From contig JASGIA010000001.1 of NCBI GenBank assembly GCA_047602145.1, positions 803,062 through 867,061 of the forward strand: 64,000 nt of DNA. The letters run 5' to 3'. The translations under genes and the position numbers were made by a program. Below are positions 36,025-45,418 of this stretch, one piece after another. Positions within the stretch are counted from its first letter, which is position 1; the number at the start of each line of letters is the position of its first letter. The stretch comes from Anaerolineales bacterium (GTDB lineage Bacteria; Chloroflexota; Anaerolineae; Anaerolineales; Villigracilaceae). Below the pieces are notes generated by a model that was not told the origin of the DNA, made no database searches, and worked only from the letters and a program-made list of their open reading frames with translations.

Positions 36025-36101
36025 CAGGCGAGCGGTTGCTAGATAAATACATCTCTTACATCATCGACAGGAATTACTGAAGGTTTATCCAATAGGTAAA
36101 A

Positions 36102-36590
36102 TCATGCGCTTGACCAGGGATAGTCTTCAGGTTGTTCCACCAGTTTCCATTGTGACTGACAAGGATTATGGTGAATGTAATCCATCTTTTGTTGAAGGAA
36201 TTCCGGGGAAAACACATCTCGGGCATCGTAACTATCTTCCCAAACCTTGTACTCTTGCCTGTTATCTTTGTTCAATTGTTTCAATAGTTTTAGAACAGTT
36301 ATTTCGTTTTCTGCCAATAATTGACGGATGATTAAACGTGCTGTGTGCCTTTTAAAATCCCGCATCAAATCTGAAATCGTATATTCCTTGTTGAGTTTAC
36401 AGATCAGATGAATATGGTTTGGCATAACCACAAAGACGAACAATTTCATTTGACGATTTGTGCGGAGAAAATGCAGGCTATCAAGAATGATCCGAATGAT
36501 CGACTCACGCTTGAAAATGTGAACATGTCGTTCTGCCTTGGTGGTTACGAAATACAAGTAATCTGGATTGAAGTTGGGATGAATAGGCAT
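36102..36590 (-). CDS. REP-associated tyrosine transposase (RAYT) / IS200-like Y1 transposase
   Basis: HuH motif (VVMPNHIHLI) and catalytic Tyr region (…WEDSYDARDV…); 162 aa. Confidence 0.8.
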   Translation of the reverse strand: MPIHPNFNPDYLYFVTTKAERHVHIFKRESIIRIILDSLHFLRTNRQMKLFVFVVMPNHIHLICKLNKEYTISDLMRDFKRHTARLIIRQLLAENEITVLKLLKQLNKDNRQEYKVWEDSYDARDVFSPEFLQQKMDYIHHNPCQSQWKLVEQPEDYPWSSA

Positions 36591-36604
36591 AATTCCCTCC
36601 TAGA

Positions 36605-36629
36605 CCCGCAGGGGCTCAGCCCCTGCGGG
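36605..36629. repeat. REP-like GC palindrome (CCCGCAGGGGCT-c-AGCCCCTGCGGG) on the other flank of the RAYT
   Basis: Perfect 12-bp arms; the core GGGGCT(y)AGCCCC is shared with 35996..36024. Confidence 0.6.
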
Positions 36630-36645
36630 AGCGAAGTAAACACTA

Positions 36646-37530
36646 CTATTTCAATCGTGCAAACGCACGCACAGGGAATGTTCCAACGCCTTTGAACTTA
36701 GGGGGTAACGCCGTAAAAGTAAAACTTGCATTCGGAATACTGCCCAGATTGCACAAGTGCTCGGCGATCAAAATATCCGCGCGCAGCAGTGTGGAATGAA
36801 CGGGTCTCGAGTTTCCACGCGTATCGTCAATGTTCATCGAATCGATACCTACCAATTTGATGCCTGCATCCCGTAAATAGACTGCCGCGTCTTCCGTGAG
36901 AAAGGGATGGTTCTCGAAATATTTATCTGTGTCCCAGTGCTCGTCCCAACCGGTATGCACCAGCACTGCCCGATTGCGCAGTTCCAGCCCGTGGAAGAAA
37001 CTCACATCCACAGCGAGACCGGCGCGATGGTCGGCATGGACCACGATCCCATCCAGGTCGGTGAAGTTTTCGATCTCCACCTGTGAGAGATCCTTTCCAT
37101 CCTCATAGCGATGAAAGGGACAATCGACATACGTGCCCGTGTTCGAGATCATCTCGATCTTGCCGATCTGAAATTCTGTGCCGGGAGCGTAGCGTTCGCG
37201 TGATGCTTCTCGGCTCAAGTAATCACAAATGATCGGCGCGGGCAGTCCCTTATAGGTGACCAGTCCATCGTAGATAGTATGGCTCAAGTCAATATACTCT
37301 GATGAATCGGGAACGATCTCTGTTGTACGCTTGTGTGTTTCGGTGATGATCTCTTTGTTCAAAATGCGTACGTTGCCCACCATCAGAAGCCGCATGTCGT
37401 TGACGATATAGTCCGCCAGCTCTTTATCGGAAATGTTATCCCCGTTGATATCGAGGCGGAAATCCTGTCCCTGAATGCCACCGCCATTGGTGAAGTCGAT
37501 CTCAAAGTCAAATTTGACGCGCTTATTCAT
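36646..37530 (-). CDS. cyclase-family protein (kynurenine formamidase-like, PF04199) with N-terminal extension
   Basis: SNTGTYVDCPFH and …VHTGWD… motifs of the putative-cyclase/arylformamidase fold. Confidence 0.55.
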   Translation of the reverse strand: MNKRVKFDFEIDFTNGGGIQGQDFRLDINGDNISDKELADYIVNDMRLLMVGNVRILNKEIITETHKRTTEIVPDSSEYIDLSHTIYDGLVTYKGLPAPIICDYLSREASRERYAPGTEFQIGKIEMISNTGTYVDCPFHRYEDGKDLSQVEIENFTDLDGIVVHADHRAGLAVDVSFFHGLELRNRAVLVHTGWDEHWDTDKYFENHPFLTEDAAVYLRDAGIKLVGIDSMNIDDTRGNSRPVHSTLLRADILIAEHLCNLGSIPNASFTFTALPPKFKGVGTFPVRAFARLK

Positions 37531-37547
37531 CGTATCTCCTTTTAAAA

Positions 37548-38222
37548 TTAAGTCTTCAACCAGCGTACCAGTAAAAAAGCGATATTCTTCATCACCACTT
37601 TCAAGTTGATATCAAAGACCACTGGTGCGGCATGATCGGCGACATCGGTTGCGCCGCGCAATTCCAGATAAGGAACTTCGCTGAACGCACAGGCTCTTGC
37701 TCCGCCCACGCCTTCCCATGCGACCGCCAGCGCCTCATGGGCTGTATGTAATTCTTTTCCACGTGCCACATCGATCACATCTTCGTCGCCGCCTGCCATG
37801 ATGCCAAAATGAACGCCGAACTTCGCACGAGATAGATCCAATGCTTTGATCTGCTCAATGCTTTTGACATCCCCCGCGAATTGAGGCTTGGCACGTTTGG
37901 AAAATTTGTTGTTGTAATCATGTTCGATCGTACAGGCAGAAACGATCAAGTCACCGATCTTCACCTGTGGTGCCAGAGCTCCCGCCGCACCCGCGCAGAT
38001 GACCAGATCGAACTGCGCGTGGTCAAGCAGATATTGTGTCTGAATACCAAATTGAGTTTTGCCATGTCCGCCAAGGGCAAGAGTGACATGGAGTTCGGGG
38101 AAGTGGTGGACATCCAATTTTCCGATCCTGCCTGGTTCTGCTTTCAGCCGGTGCTTCAACAGACTTTTATACAAGTCTTCGTATTCTTTTTTCAGCGGAG
38201 TAACGATAAGGATATTGGGCAT
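37548..38222 (-). CDS. PNP_UDP_1-family nucleosidase (MTA/SAH nucleosidase or futalosine hydrolase-like)
   Basis: 224 aa, N-terminal ILIVTPLKKE…GGHGK and GD…ACTIEHDY segments typical of MtnN/MqnB-type nucleosidases. Confidence 0.55.
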   Translation of the reverse strand: MPNILIVTPLKKEYEDLYKSLLKHRLKAEPGRIGKLDVHHFPELHVTLALGGHGKTQFGIQTQYLLDHAQFDLVICAGAAGALAPQVKIGDLIVSACTIEHDYNNKFSKRAKPQFAGDVKSIEQIKALDLSRAKFGVHFGIMAGGDEDVIDVARGKELHTAHEALAVAWEGVGGARACAFSEVPYLELRGATDVADHAAPVVFDINLKVVMKNIAFLLVRWLKT

Positions 38223-38265
38223 TCCTGCTCCTAATGAAAACCTCGGCGTGTGCCGAGGCGATTAT

Positions 38266-39285
38266 TTAGTTCACTGATTGTAGCACTCGCAGTGCCCGCA
38301 GCGTAACCCATTCGTTCGGCTCCTTCATTTTGCCGAAGCGCATCCAGGTCTTGCCGTCATAATTGTATTCGAGCAGCCAGCGTCCATCTGCATCCTGTTT
38401 CGAGCGGATGAGTTCCAACGTATTCTCTAAGCGCGGGTCTTTGCCATATCCCAATGCGACCAGCGCCTCTGCGATCTGCAAAATGTCGCTGACATAAAAA
38501 ACGGGGAAACCGAACTTCCACCAGTTACCGCTCGGTTTGGCAGCCCATCCATTGGGATACTGCGCCGTGGACGGATCCACGCTAAAGAAGAATTCCACAC
38601 CCTGTTGGATCGCCCGTTTCACCAGATCGCTTCGTTTCTCCGCCGGCAGCTGACTCAGCGCCAAAAGAACTTTGACTCCACCCCAGGCGCACGGCAGCTT
38701 GTTGTTCGCCCCACATGCGAACGTCGGTCCGCACTTGCCCGCAAAATAACGGACTTCCGCATGTTTCTCTTTCATGGGCGCCACACCCTCGCCCGTGAGC
38801 GTGCGCGCCATCCACTCGTACGCCGCATCCATGCGTTTATCTTCGTAGCCCAACGTCATCAGTGACCAGAGCATGTTTCCCTGCAAACAATCAATTGTCC
38901 CAGAAGGGGAGTTGTTCGTCATCGCGGAGACCTGCCCGCCAGGATTCAACGCATGGTCGAGATAATACTTACACGCCAGCCGGATGCGCTTATCCTCCTT
39001 CACCGAGGCGCCCAACTGCGCCAGCAAGATCAACGCCCACACCGTGGACTTGTACTTCGGACCATAGCCCGTCCCTGCCCTTTGCCACCAGCCCTCCTCA
39101 TTCATCTTCGAAAGCACATGCGCGATCGGACCCTCTTTATGAGCCAATTTTCGCGCCGCTTTCAAATTCTTGTCATCGGGAGAAAGGTCGAGCAGATCAC
39201 GCATCGCCAGATAGCGCACGCCAAGATTCTCTGAATCGAGCAGCCACGGCAGCGAGTCGCTTCGTAGTTGATCCTTCCAGGACAT
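38266..39285 (-). CDS. hypothetical protein, possibly alpha/alpha-toroid (prenyltransferase/terpene-cyclase-like) fold
   Basis: 339 aa, Trp/Gly-rich repeats; the family assignment is weak. Confidence 0.3.
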   Translation of the reverse strand: MSWKDQLRSDSLPWLLDSENLGVRYLAMRDLLDLSPDDKNLKAARKLAHKEGPIAHVLSKMNEEGWWQRAGTGYGPKYKSTVWALILLAQLGASVKEDKRIRLACKYYLDHALNPGGQVSAMTNNSPSGTIDCLQGNMLWSLMTLGYEDKRMDAAYEWMARTLTGEGVAPMKEKHAEVRYFAGKCGPTFACGANNKLPCAWGGVKVLLALSQLPAEKRSDLVKRAIQQGVEFFFSVDPSTAQYPNGWAAKPSGNWWKFGFPVFYVSDILQIAEALVALGYGKDPRLENTLELIRSKQDADGRWLLEYNYDGKTWMRFGKMKEPNEWVTLRALRVLQSVN

Positions 39286-39615
39286 GTGTGCCTCCTTTTG
39301 AAAACGGATGTCCCCCGTGTCTAAGAATAGTATAGCACTTTACGATACTGGGAGCCCTCAATGATTAGTAGAATTGTGTTGTATAACCAAACCAATTTTT
39401 GTGATAAGAAAACCCGTTATTTCCAAAGAATTAAATCCCCTTTCGATATTTTTGTGTTTTTGTTGAGCAATGACCCTCTCGTTTTTGTTGGCTTATTGCG
39501 CTCAAACTCAGTCATATCAGGTGTGGGTTCTTTTTCGATTTTTGAAATAATTCCGATCAAAAACTTAGCTAAGTAGTTGGTCGAAATAGATTATAAGACA
39601 TGATACACTTTTAGC

Positions 39616-40173
39616 ATGCGAACGGTATACCAACTGAAACCAAAAGAAGTAGCGGAAATCGAAAAAGCTATTCGTCAAGACAAACGAGCAGAAGTCAGGC
39701 AGCGTGCGACAGTCATTCGGTTATTGCATTTAGGTCAAAAGCCTGCCACGGTAGCAGAGCAACAAATGGTGAGTGTGCCAACAGTTTATAACTGGCACAA
39801 ACTATGGCGCGAGCAAGGGATCGAAGGGCTAGCCAACAAAGTGCGTCCGGGCAGAAAGTCCAAAGCCACGGAAACGTATTGTTTGAAACTCGAAGAAGTA
39901 TTGAGTAAAGAACCATCCGAATATGGATATCGCTTTGCCATTTGGACAATCGATCGATTACGGGCGCACCTGGAAAAAGAGACCGGGATTGCTCTGAGCG
40001 AAGGACGATTTCGAGCCTTGCTCAAGAAGAAAGGCTACCGCTATCGTCGTCCCAAACATGATCTCAGTCATTTACAGGACAAGGCTGCCAAGAAAAACGC
40101 TGAAAAACTGCTGGAAGAGATGAAAAAAAGAGCCTCCGAGACGATGTCGAGCTCCTCTTTGTGGACGAAGTAA
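39616..40173 (+). CDS. IS630 transposase OrfA (HTH DNA-binding part)
   Basis: HTH-containing N-terminal half of a Tc1/IS630 transposase; it ends just after the A7 run at about 40121. Confidence 0.75.
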   Translation: MRTVYQLKPKEVAEIEKAIRQDKRAEVRQRATVIRLLHLGQKPATVAEQQMVSVPTVYNWHKLWREQGIEGLANKVRPGRKSKATETYCLKLEEVLSKEPSEYGYRFAIWTIDRLRAHLEKETGIALSEGRFRALLKKKGYRYRRPKHDLSHLQDKAAKKNAEKLLEEMKKRASETMSSSSLWTK

Positions 40174-40670
40174 GCCTGGATCTGGATCCTCCCTTACATG
40201 CCTGCTGGATGAAACAGGGTCAACAGAAGATCGTTCCTGCTTTGCAACCGGGCACGAAACAACATCGTCATATTTTCGGAGCCTACTCTTGGAAAACGGA
40301 TCGTGTTTCCTGGCGATGCGCTACCTGGAAGAATAGCCAGACCTTCTTGGAGTTCATCGAGTATTTATTAGTGACGTGTTACCCAACCGGACGAATTGTA
40401 TTGGTCATGGATAACGTTTCGTATCATAAAAGCGCGGCTGTGCTGGCTGCCTTATCCTTGTTTGAACATCGTCTGTTGGTGATGTGGCTACCTCCTTACT
40501 GTCCGGAACTCAATCTGATCGAACGCTATTGGAAACATCTGAAAGCATTAGCCTGTGTCAATAAACTGCATGACTCGATAGAGGACGTATTGGCCTCTGC
40601 CGAATACATGCTGACACAACAGAACCATCCGGCTAGCCCTTTTCGATTATCCTTTTCTAAACTACTTTGA
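40161..40670 (+). CDS. IS630 transposase OrfB (DDE catalytic part), produced by programmed frameshift with OrfA
   Basis: DDE region (…VLVMDNVSYHKS…) and the LLFVDEVSLDL junction characteristic of IS630 fusion transposases. Confidence 0.75.
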   Translation: MDEVSLDLDPPLHACWMKQGQQKIVPALQPGTKQHRHIFGAYSWKTDRVSWRCATWKNSQTFLEFIEYLLVTCYPTGRIVLVMDNVSYHKSAAVLAALSLFEHRLLVMWLPPYCPELNLIERYWKHLKALACVNKLHDSIEDVLASAEYMLTQQNHPASPFRLSFSKLL

Positions 40671-41696
40671 ACGACTACTTAGCTTAGCCATTATCTCTAA
40701 ATCAATCATTCTAAAGTGATTGATTTTTATATCGATTAAATCAGCATCCCGCAAATTTGCGCCTCTTAAATCAGCACCACGCAGATCTGCACCGCGTAAA
40801 ATGGCTCCGGTCAACTTTGCATTCCTGAGGTTTGCTTTATATAGGTCAGCTCCTGTCAAATCTGCGTTTGTTAGATTTGCATGACTTAGATTTGTTCCTA
40901 CAAATTTTGCTTCAGCAAGGACTGCATTGCACAGACTTGCCTTAAAGAGAGTTGAGTTGTCAAATACTGCATTTGAGAGCTTAGCATCATCTAAGATTGC
41001 AGATTCTAAATTGCAATTTTTAAACTGAGCATAATCCCCATAGCTTGAAATTAAGTATGAATTACTTAAGTTAGCATCATGAAAGATTGCATTATGCAAA
41101 AAAGATTTAGACCAAACAGTGCCCTGTAAGTTACTTCTACTAAAATTTACCCAATCGAAATCCATTTCTGAAAGATAGCATCCCTGTAAGTCGATATTTG
41201 ATAAATCTGAATGATTTAGGCGAATAATTTTCGAAAACGGAAAAATCAGGTGCCCTTCTCGTAAAAAAGAGAGCAATAAAGCATTTCTTGAACTGTTGAT
41301 GCTTTTCATCGCCGTTATTGTCCGAATGCGAGCGATATTACTTACTTCGGTATCTGGTTGGGATTCGCGTAAATTCTTCTCAAGGAGAAGGCTAGTCATG
41401 TAATCAATATAAGATTGAAGCGCTGATTCATAGAGACGGTCAAGAGCGATTTGTTCTTCGTATTCTCTTCGCTTGTTTGCCAATTCAACTTCAGTTTTTC
41501 GTGTTTGCCAGTTGAATAGTAACGCCCCTCCAGATAGCACTGCGGGTATAACCAATAGTTCTAACCAGTCCCATAGAGTCTTGGACGCTAAACCTGTTGT
41601 TCCGGTTTGGATAAATATTCTTAATATCCATGCCATTATGAATACTATCGCGGTGAGCGAAATAACAACAAATAATTTCCGAAAAACATCTTTCAT
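40662..41696 (-). CDS. pentapeptide-repeat membrane protein whose C-terminal 9 aa are encoded by the IS630 right inverted repeat (start trimmed to MKDVFRK)
   Basis: Two N-terminal TM helices then many A(D/N)LxG/A(N/D)LR pentapeptide repeats. The last codons (MAKLSSRSK*) are the reverse complement of the IS terminal repeat. Confidence 0.65.
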   Translation of the reverse strand: MKDVFRKLFVVISLTAIVFIMAWILRIFIQTGTTGLASKTLWDWLELLVIPAVLSGGALLFNWQTRKTEVELANKRREYEEQIALDRLYESALQSYIDYMTSLLLEKNLRESQPDTEVSNIARIRTITAMKSINSSRNALLLSFLREGHLIFPFSKIIRLNHSDLSNIDLQGCYLSEMDFDWVNFSRSNLQGTVWSKSFLHNAIFHDANLSNSYLISSYGDYAQFKNCNLESAILDDAKLSNAVFDNSTLFKASLCNAVLAEAKFVGTNLSHANLTNADLTGADLYKANLRNAKLTGAILRGADLRGADLRGANLRDADLIDIKINHFRMIDLEIMAKLSSRSK

Positions 41697-41744
41697 TATC
41701 GACTCCCTGATTTTTCCTGTTTGGCTTACGACTATATACTTTAC

Positions 41745-43763
41745 CCTTGCATCTTCTCCCACTCGCCTAACTTCTCATCCATTTCCTTTTGCACGCGTTC
41801 GTACTCGATCCCCAGCTTGGCGGCTTCGGCGGGCTTCACAAAGGGACTCTCCAACTGCGACGTCAGATTCGCCAGCTTCGATTCAAGTTCGGTGATAGTG
41901 TTCTCCAACTCCTGCAGCTGGGCGATCTTTCTTCTTTCCTCTTTCGAGGAAGCGTTCCTTGCCTTGCGCGCTTCAGCATTCGCGTTGCGCGAATTCAGGC
42001 TGCTCCGCTAGCAATGCCGCGAGTCGCGCCGCTTCTTTCTCTCTTTCCTCTTTCATCTGCGAGTACGTGCCATTGAAGGATGTCATCCTTGATTCGTCCG
42101 GGTTGATCTCCCAGATCTGGGTGGCGAGGGCGTCGATCAGGTAACGGTCGTGACTGACCAATAGTATTGTTCCCTCATATGAATCGAGCACAGCTTGCAG
42201 CACTTCCTGCGATGTGATGTCGAGATGGTTGGTCGGTTCGTCGAGCAGCAACAGGTTCGTATCTTGCAGACCAAGTTTGGCAAGCGCCAGACGTCCGCGT
42301 TCGCCACCGGAGAGCATCGAGACAAGCTTGAAGGCGTCATCACCAGAGAAGAGAAATTTGCCGAGATAGTCGCGCGCTTGATAGGGGAGCATTCCGGAGG
42401 CTGCGACGATCTCTTCGATGATCGTTTTCTCGGGGTCGAGTCCCTCATGGGCTTGCGCGAAATAGCCGACGTGTAGACTCGCTCCCAGGATCACCTCACC
42501 AGTCAACGGGGAGAGAGAACCGAGGATCGTCTTGAGGAACGTCGATTTCCCGGCGCCGTTCGGACCGATGAGTGCGGCACAGTCCAAACGTCTGAGTTCC
42601 AGATCCGGTGCTGTGAACAACATTTTTTCAGGCTGTCCATTTTCGGGAGGATATCCCACGGTCAGATCCTTCGAACGGATGACCAGATCGCCGGAACGAT
42701 TCGTCGAACGCAGATGCAGATGCAGATCGGGCGAGATGCGCTGCGGAGGTCGCAAGCCGCGCACGCGCCGCTCGGCTTCCTCCACGCTGAACGGGCTGGT
42801 GGTGGTCTCCACATCCAACTGCGACCAGTTCGACGCGACCACCGCGCTCATGCCCACCTGTTCGATGGCTTGCACCACGCGCGTGAGTCGTTTGAGTTTG
42901 CCTTTCGCCTGCAGCGTGTTCTGCCCCGAAATATTTTTCTTGATGTACTCCACTTCCTTCATCAATTTTTCTTGCTCGCTCGCGAACACTTCAAAGCGAT
43001 GCGCCCAGCGGATCTCGCGCTCCTGCAGATAGGTGCTGTAGTTGCCGCGATAGTATTCCGCGCCGCTGATCGCCATTTCGAGCAGGGCATTGCAGGCATG
43101 GTCAAGAAAATAACGGTCGTGCGAGACGATGACTGCCGCGCCTTCCCATTGCGTCAGATATCCTTCGAGCCACTCGACGGCTTTGATGTCGAGATGATTG
43201 GTCGGCTCATCGAGCAGCAGCAGATCGGGATTCGACAACAGCAGACGTGCCAGATGTGCACGCGTGCGTTGACCGCCGGAGAGGTGATCAAGCGACATGT
43301 GAAAATCATCGGGATCGAATCCCAGACCGGTTAGCACCTGCTTAATGCGAACTTGATAGACGTATCCACCGCGCCGCTCGAACTCGTGCTGTACGCTTCC
43401 ATACCGGACCAATGCCTGCTCCCGTTTATCAGGCTCAGACATTTCCGCTTCGAGCCTCTCCACTTCCCCCTGCATGCGGATGAGCTCCGCGAATGGCTCA
43501 AGGCACACATCCCAGAGCACGCCTTCGAGAGCAAAGTCCGCTTCCTGCGAGAGATAGCCGATGCGCAGACTCTTGGCGCGCGTGATTGTCCCGCCAGAGG
43601 GTTCTTCCTGCCCCATGATGATACGGAGAAGGGTGGTCTTGCCGATTCCGTTCGGACCTACGAGCGCGAGACGCGCTCCTTTGGCAACCGAAAACGTGAC
43701 GCCGGAAAACAGATCTTCCGCGCCGAAGGATTTGGAGAGGGAGGAGACAGTGATAAGAGACAT
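41745..43763 (-). CDS. ABC-F family ATPase (tandem ABC domains, EttA/Uup-like), C-terminal coiled coil in a shifted frame (frameshift near 41975)
   Basis: Two Walker A/B plus signature sets. Track ORF ends at 41973 (…EFAQREC*), but a +1/-1 frame continues with a typical ABC-F C-terminal coiled coil (…KIAQLQELENTITELESKLANL…LGEWEKMQG*) to about 41745. Confidence 0.75.
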
Positions 43764-43775
43764 AATCTTGTGCTT

Positions 43776-43800
43776 GGGCGCAATATATTGCGCCCCTACG
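43776..43800. repeat. REP-like palindrome, family B (GGGCGCAATAT-ATATTGCGCCC + CTACG)
   Basis: Perfect 20-bp palindrome at the 3' end of the RAYT gene. Confidence 0.6.
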
Positions 43801-44351
43801 TTTTCATTGGATTTTCTTCATCTTCCGCCCACGTGGACGGGTTGGATTCTATGTACCTGTGGATTCTATCCCATTCTTCATGGTTTCGAATCACATGCTC
43901 GTAATAATTTCTTTGCCAGATACCTGTTGCATTGTGCTCGCGTCCGATGCGGCGCGTAACTGCCGCCTTGAACGTTCGAACAATTGTTGGTATGGAACCC
44001 GGTACGGGTTTTTGAAATTGCTCGGTAGGGGCACGATATATCGTGCCCCTACGTTCGGACGGAAATGTATCTATGCTGGCGGGATCGTTTATGACCAAAA
44101 TCCCATGCACGTGATTCGGCATAATCACATATGCGCCCAATTCAATATTTGGAAAATGATCGGGGACTGCATGCCAACATTCATCAGCGATTTTGCCCAG
44201 ATCATTCAATCGCATTTCACCATTCACAATTTCCCCAAACAAACAATCGCGTTGATACGCCACGATTGTGATGAAATATCCGCCCGGTTGGGTGTAATCG
44301 TATTCTTTCAATCGTATCGAACGGCGATGATGCTTTTGTGGGTCGAATTTC
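43796..44351 (-). CDS. IS200-like Y1 transposase / REP-associated tyrosine transposase (start at MKFDPQ)
   Basis: HuH motif (VIMPNHVHGIL) and catalytic Tyr (WQRNYYEHVIRN). The coding sequence contains a family-B REP-like palindrome (44034..44063, encoding …ERRGTIYRAPT…). Confidence 0.8.
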
Positions 44352-44367
44352 ATAAATAAATTTATAG

Positions 44368-44430
44368 TTGGGGCACAGCGGGACAATCATTCGTCGAAAG
44401 ATCTTGCAGGGCTTCGCTGTGTCCCTACGG
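44368..44430. repeat. REP-like inverted repeat, family B (TTGGGGCACAGCG-34 nt-CGCTGTGTCCCTACGG)
   Basis: Inverted arms with the CCCTACG tail immediately upstream of the RAYT start. Confidence 0.5.
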
Positions 44431-44443
44431 ACAATTTATATAT

Positions 44444-45292
44444 CTATTTCTCTTCTTCGTCCGCCTCATGCAAATGACCGGGCTTTTCCTTGCCCAACTC
44501 CAATGAGCGTTGATACGCTGCCCACACGGCGCGCGAGATCGCGGTACGGAAACCTGCCTTTTCAAGATAATACAACGCCTCTGCGGAGGTTCCTCCGGGG
44601 GATGTGACCTGATTCCGCAGTGTGGCGGGGTGACGTCCTGCCGCTTCATAGAAAGAGGCGGAGCCTTTGAGCGTTTGCAAAACGAGTTGCTCGGCGATGC
44701 GGCGTGGGAATCCCATGTGGACACCAGCGTCGATCAATGCTTCGGTGAAGAGGAACACGTACGCAGGACCGGAGCCGGAGAGAGCCGTCGCCATGTCGAG
44801 ATAACCTTCATCTTCGACAAAAACCTCTTCGCCCAATGCGCCAAGAATGTTGCGTGCCATCCCCTGCTGCTCAGCAGTGACTTCCTTGGATGAAGTCCAG
44901 ACTGTGATCCCTTCGCCGATCTGCCCCGGCGTATTCGGCATCGAGCGGACAATGGCTTTATGTTTCAGTCCCGTGCCGATCTTTTTGATATTTGCACCCG
45001 CAATAATGGAAAGGATGAGAGCATCGGGACGAATACCTTTCAGTCCCTTCATCACCTCGCTCAACCGCTGCGGTTTGACTGAAAGCACCACCACGTCCGC
45101 ATGTGTGACGGCGGAGGAATTATCCGCCGTAGATCTGATGCCGTACTTCTTGCTGAGTTCACTTCCACGCTCTTCGCGCGGACCAGCGGCGGTGATATTT
45201 TCCGGCTTTGCCAGCTTCTTATTTAATAATCCTGCGACCATAGCTTCTGCCATCACGCCGGGTCCAATGAATGCGATCTTATTTTTTAGCAT
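44444..45292 (-). CDS. proC: pyrroline-5-carboxylate reductase
   Basis: 282 aa, Rossmann IAFIGPGVMAEA and the P5CR dimerisation domain. Confidence 0.9.
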   Translation of the reverse strand: MLKNKIAFIGPGVMAEAMVAGLLNKKLAKPENITAAGPREERGSELSKKYGIRSTADNSSAVTHADVVVLSVKPQRLSEVMKGLKGIRPDALILSIIAGANIKKIGTGLKHKAIVRSMPNTPGQIGEGITVWTSSKEVTAEQQGMARNILGALGEEVFVEDEGYLDMATALSGSGPAYVFLFTEALIDAGVHMGFPRRIAEQLVLQTLKGSASFYEAAGRHPATLRNQVTSPGGTSAEALYYLEKAGFRTAISRAVWAAYQRSLELGKEKPGHLHEADEEEK

Positions 45293-45325
45293 GGTTAAGT
45301 TTCCTCCGAGTGGTTAAGGTGACAG

Positions 45326-45357
45326 TCACTTTCTAAAGTGACTGTCACCTTGCTTAT
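45326..45357. promoter_or_regulatory. 32-bp perfect palindrome GGTGACAGTCACTTT-cta-AAGTGACTGTCACC (two copies of the palindromic half-site GTGAC-N-GTCAC), likely operator upstream of proC
   Basis: Seen directly, about 35 bp upstream of the proC start. Confidence 0.5.
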
Positions 45358-45371
45358 TATAAACAAATGAG

Positions 45372-45401
45372 CGGACGAAACCGTCCGCTCATTGATTACC
45401 G
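45372..45401 (-). terminator. rho-independent terminator of the ATP-grasp gene (AATGAGCGGACG-aaac-CGTCCGCTCATT)
   Basis: Perfect 12-bp stem, followed on the minus strand by TGTTTATAATAAG. Confidence 0.6.
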
Positions 45402-45418
45402 TTTACTGTACACTGGCT

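Larger units (their letters stand above)
39567..40688 (+). mobile_element. IS630-family insertion sequence (about 1.1 kb) with about 20-bp imperfect terminal inverted repeats
   Basis: Left end cTTAGCTAAGTAGTTGGTCGAAA; right end (revcomp) TAAGCTAAGTAGTCGTTCAAA; two overlapping ORFs with an A7 slippery run between them. Confidence 0.75.
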
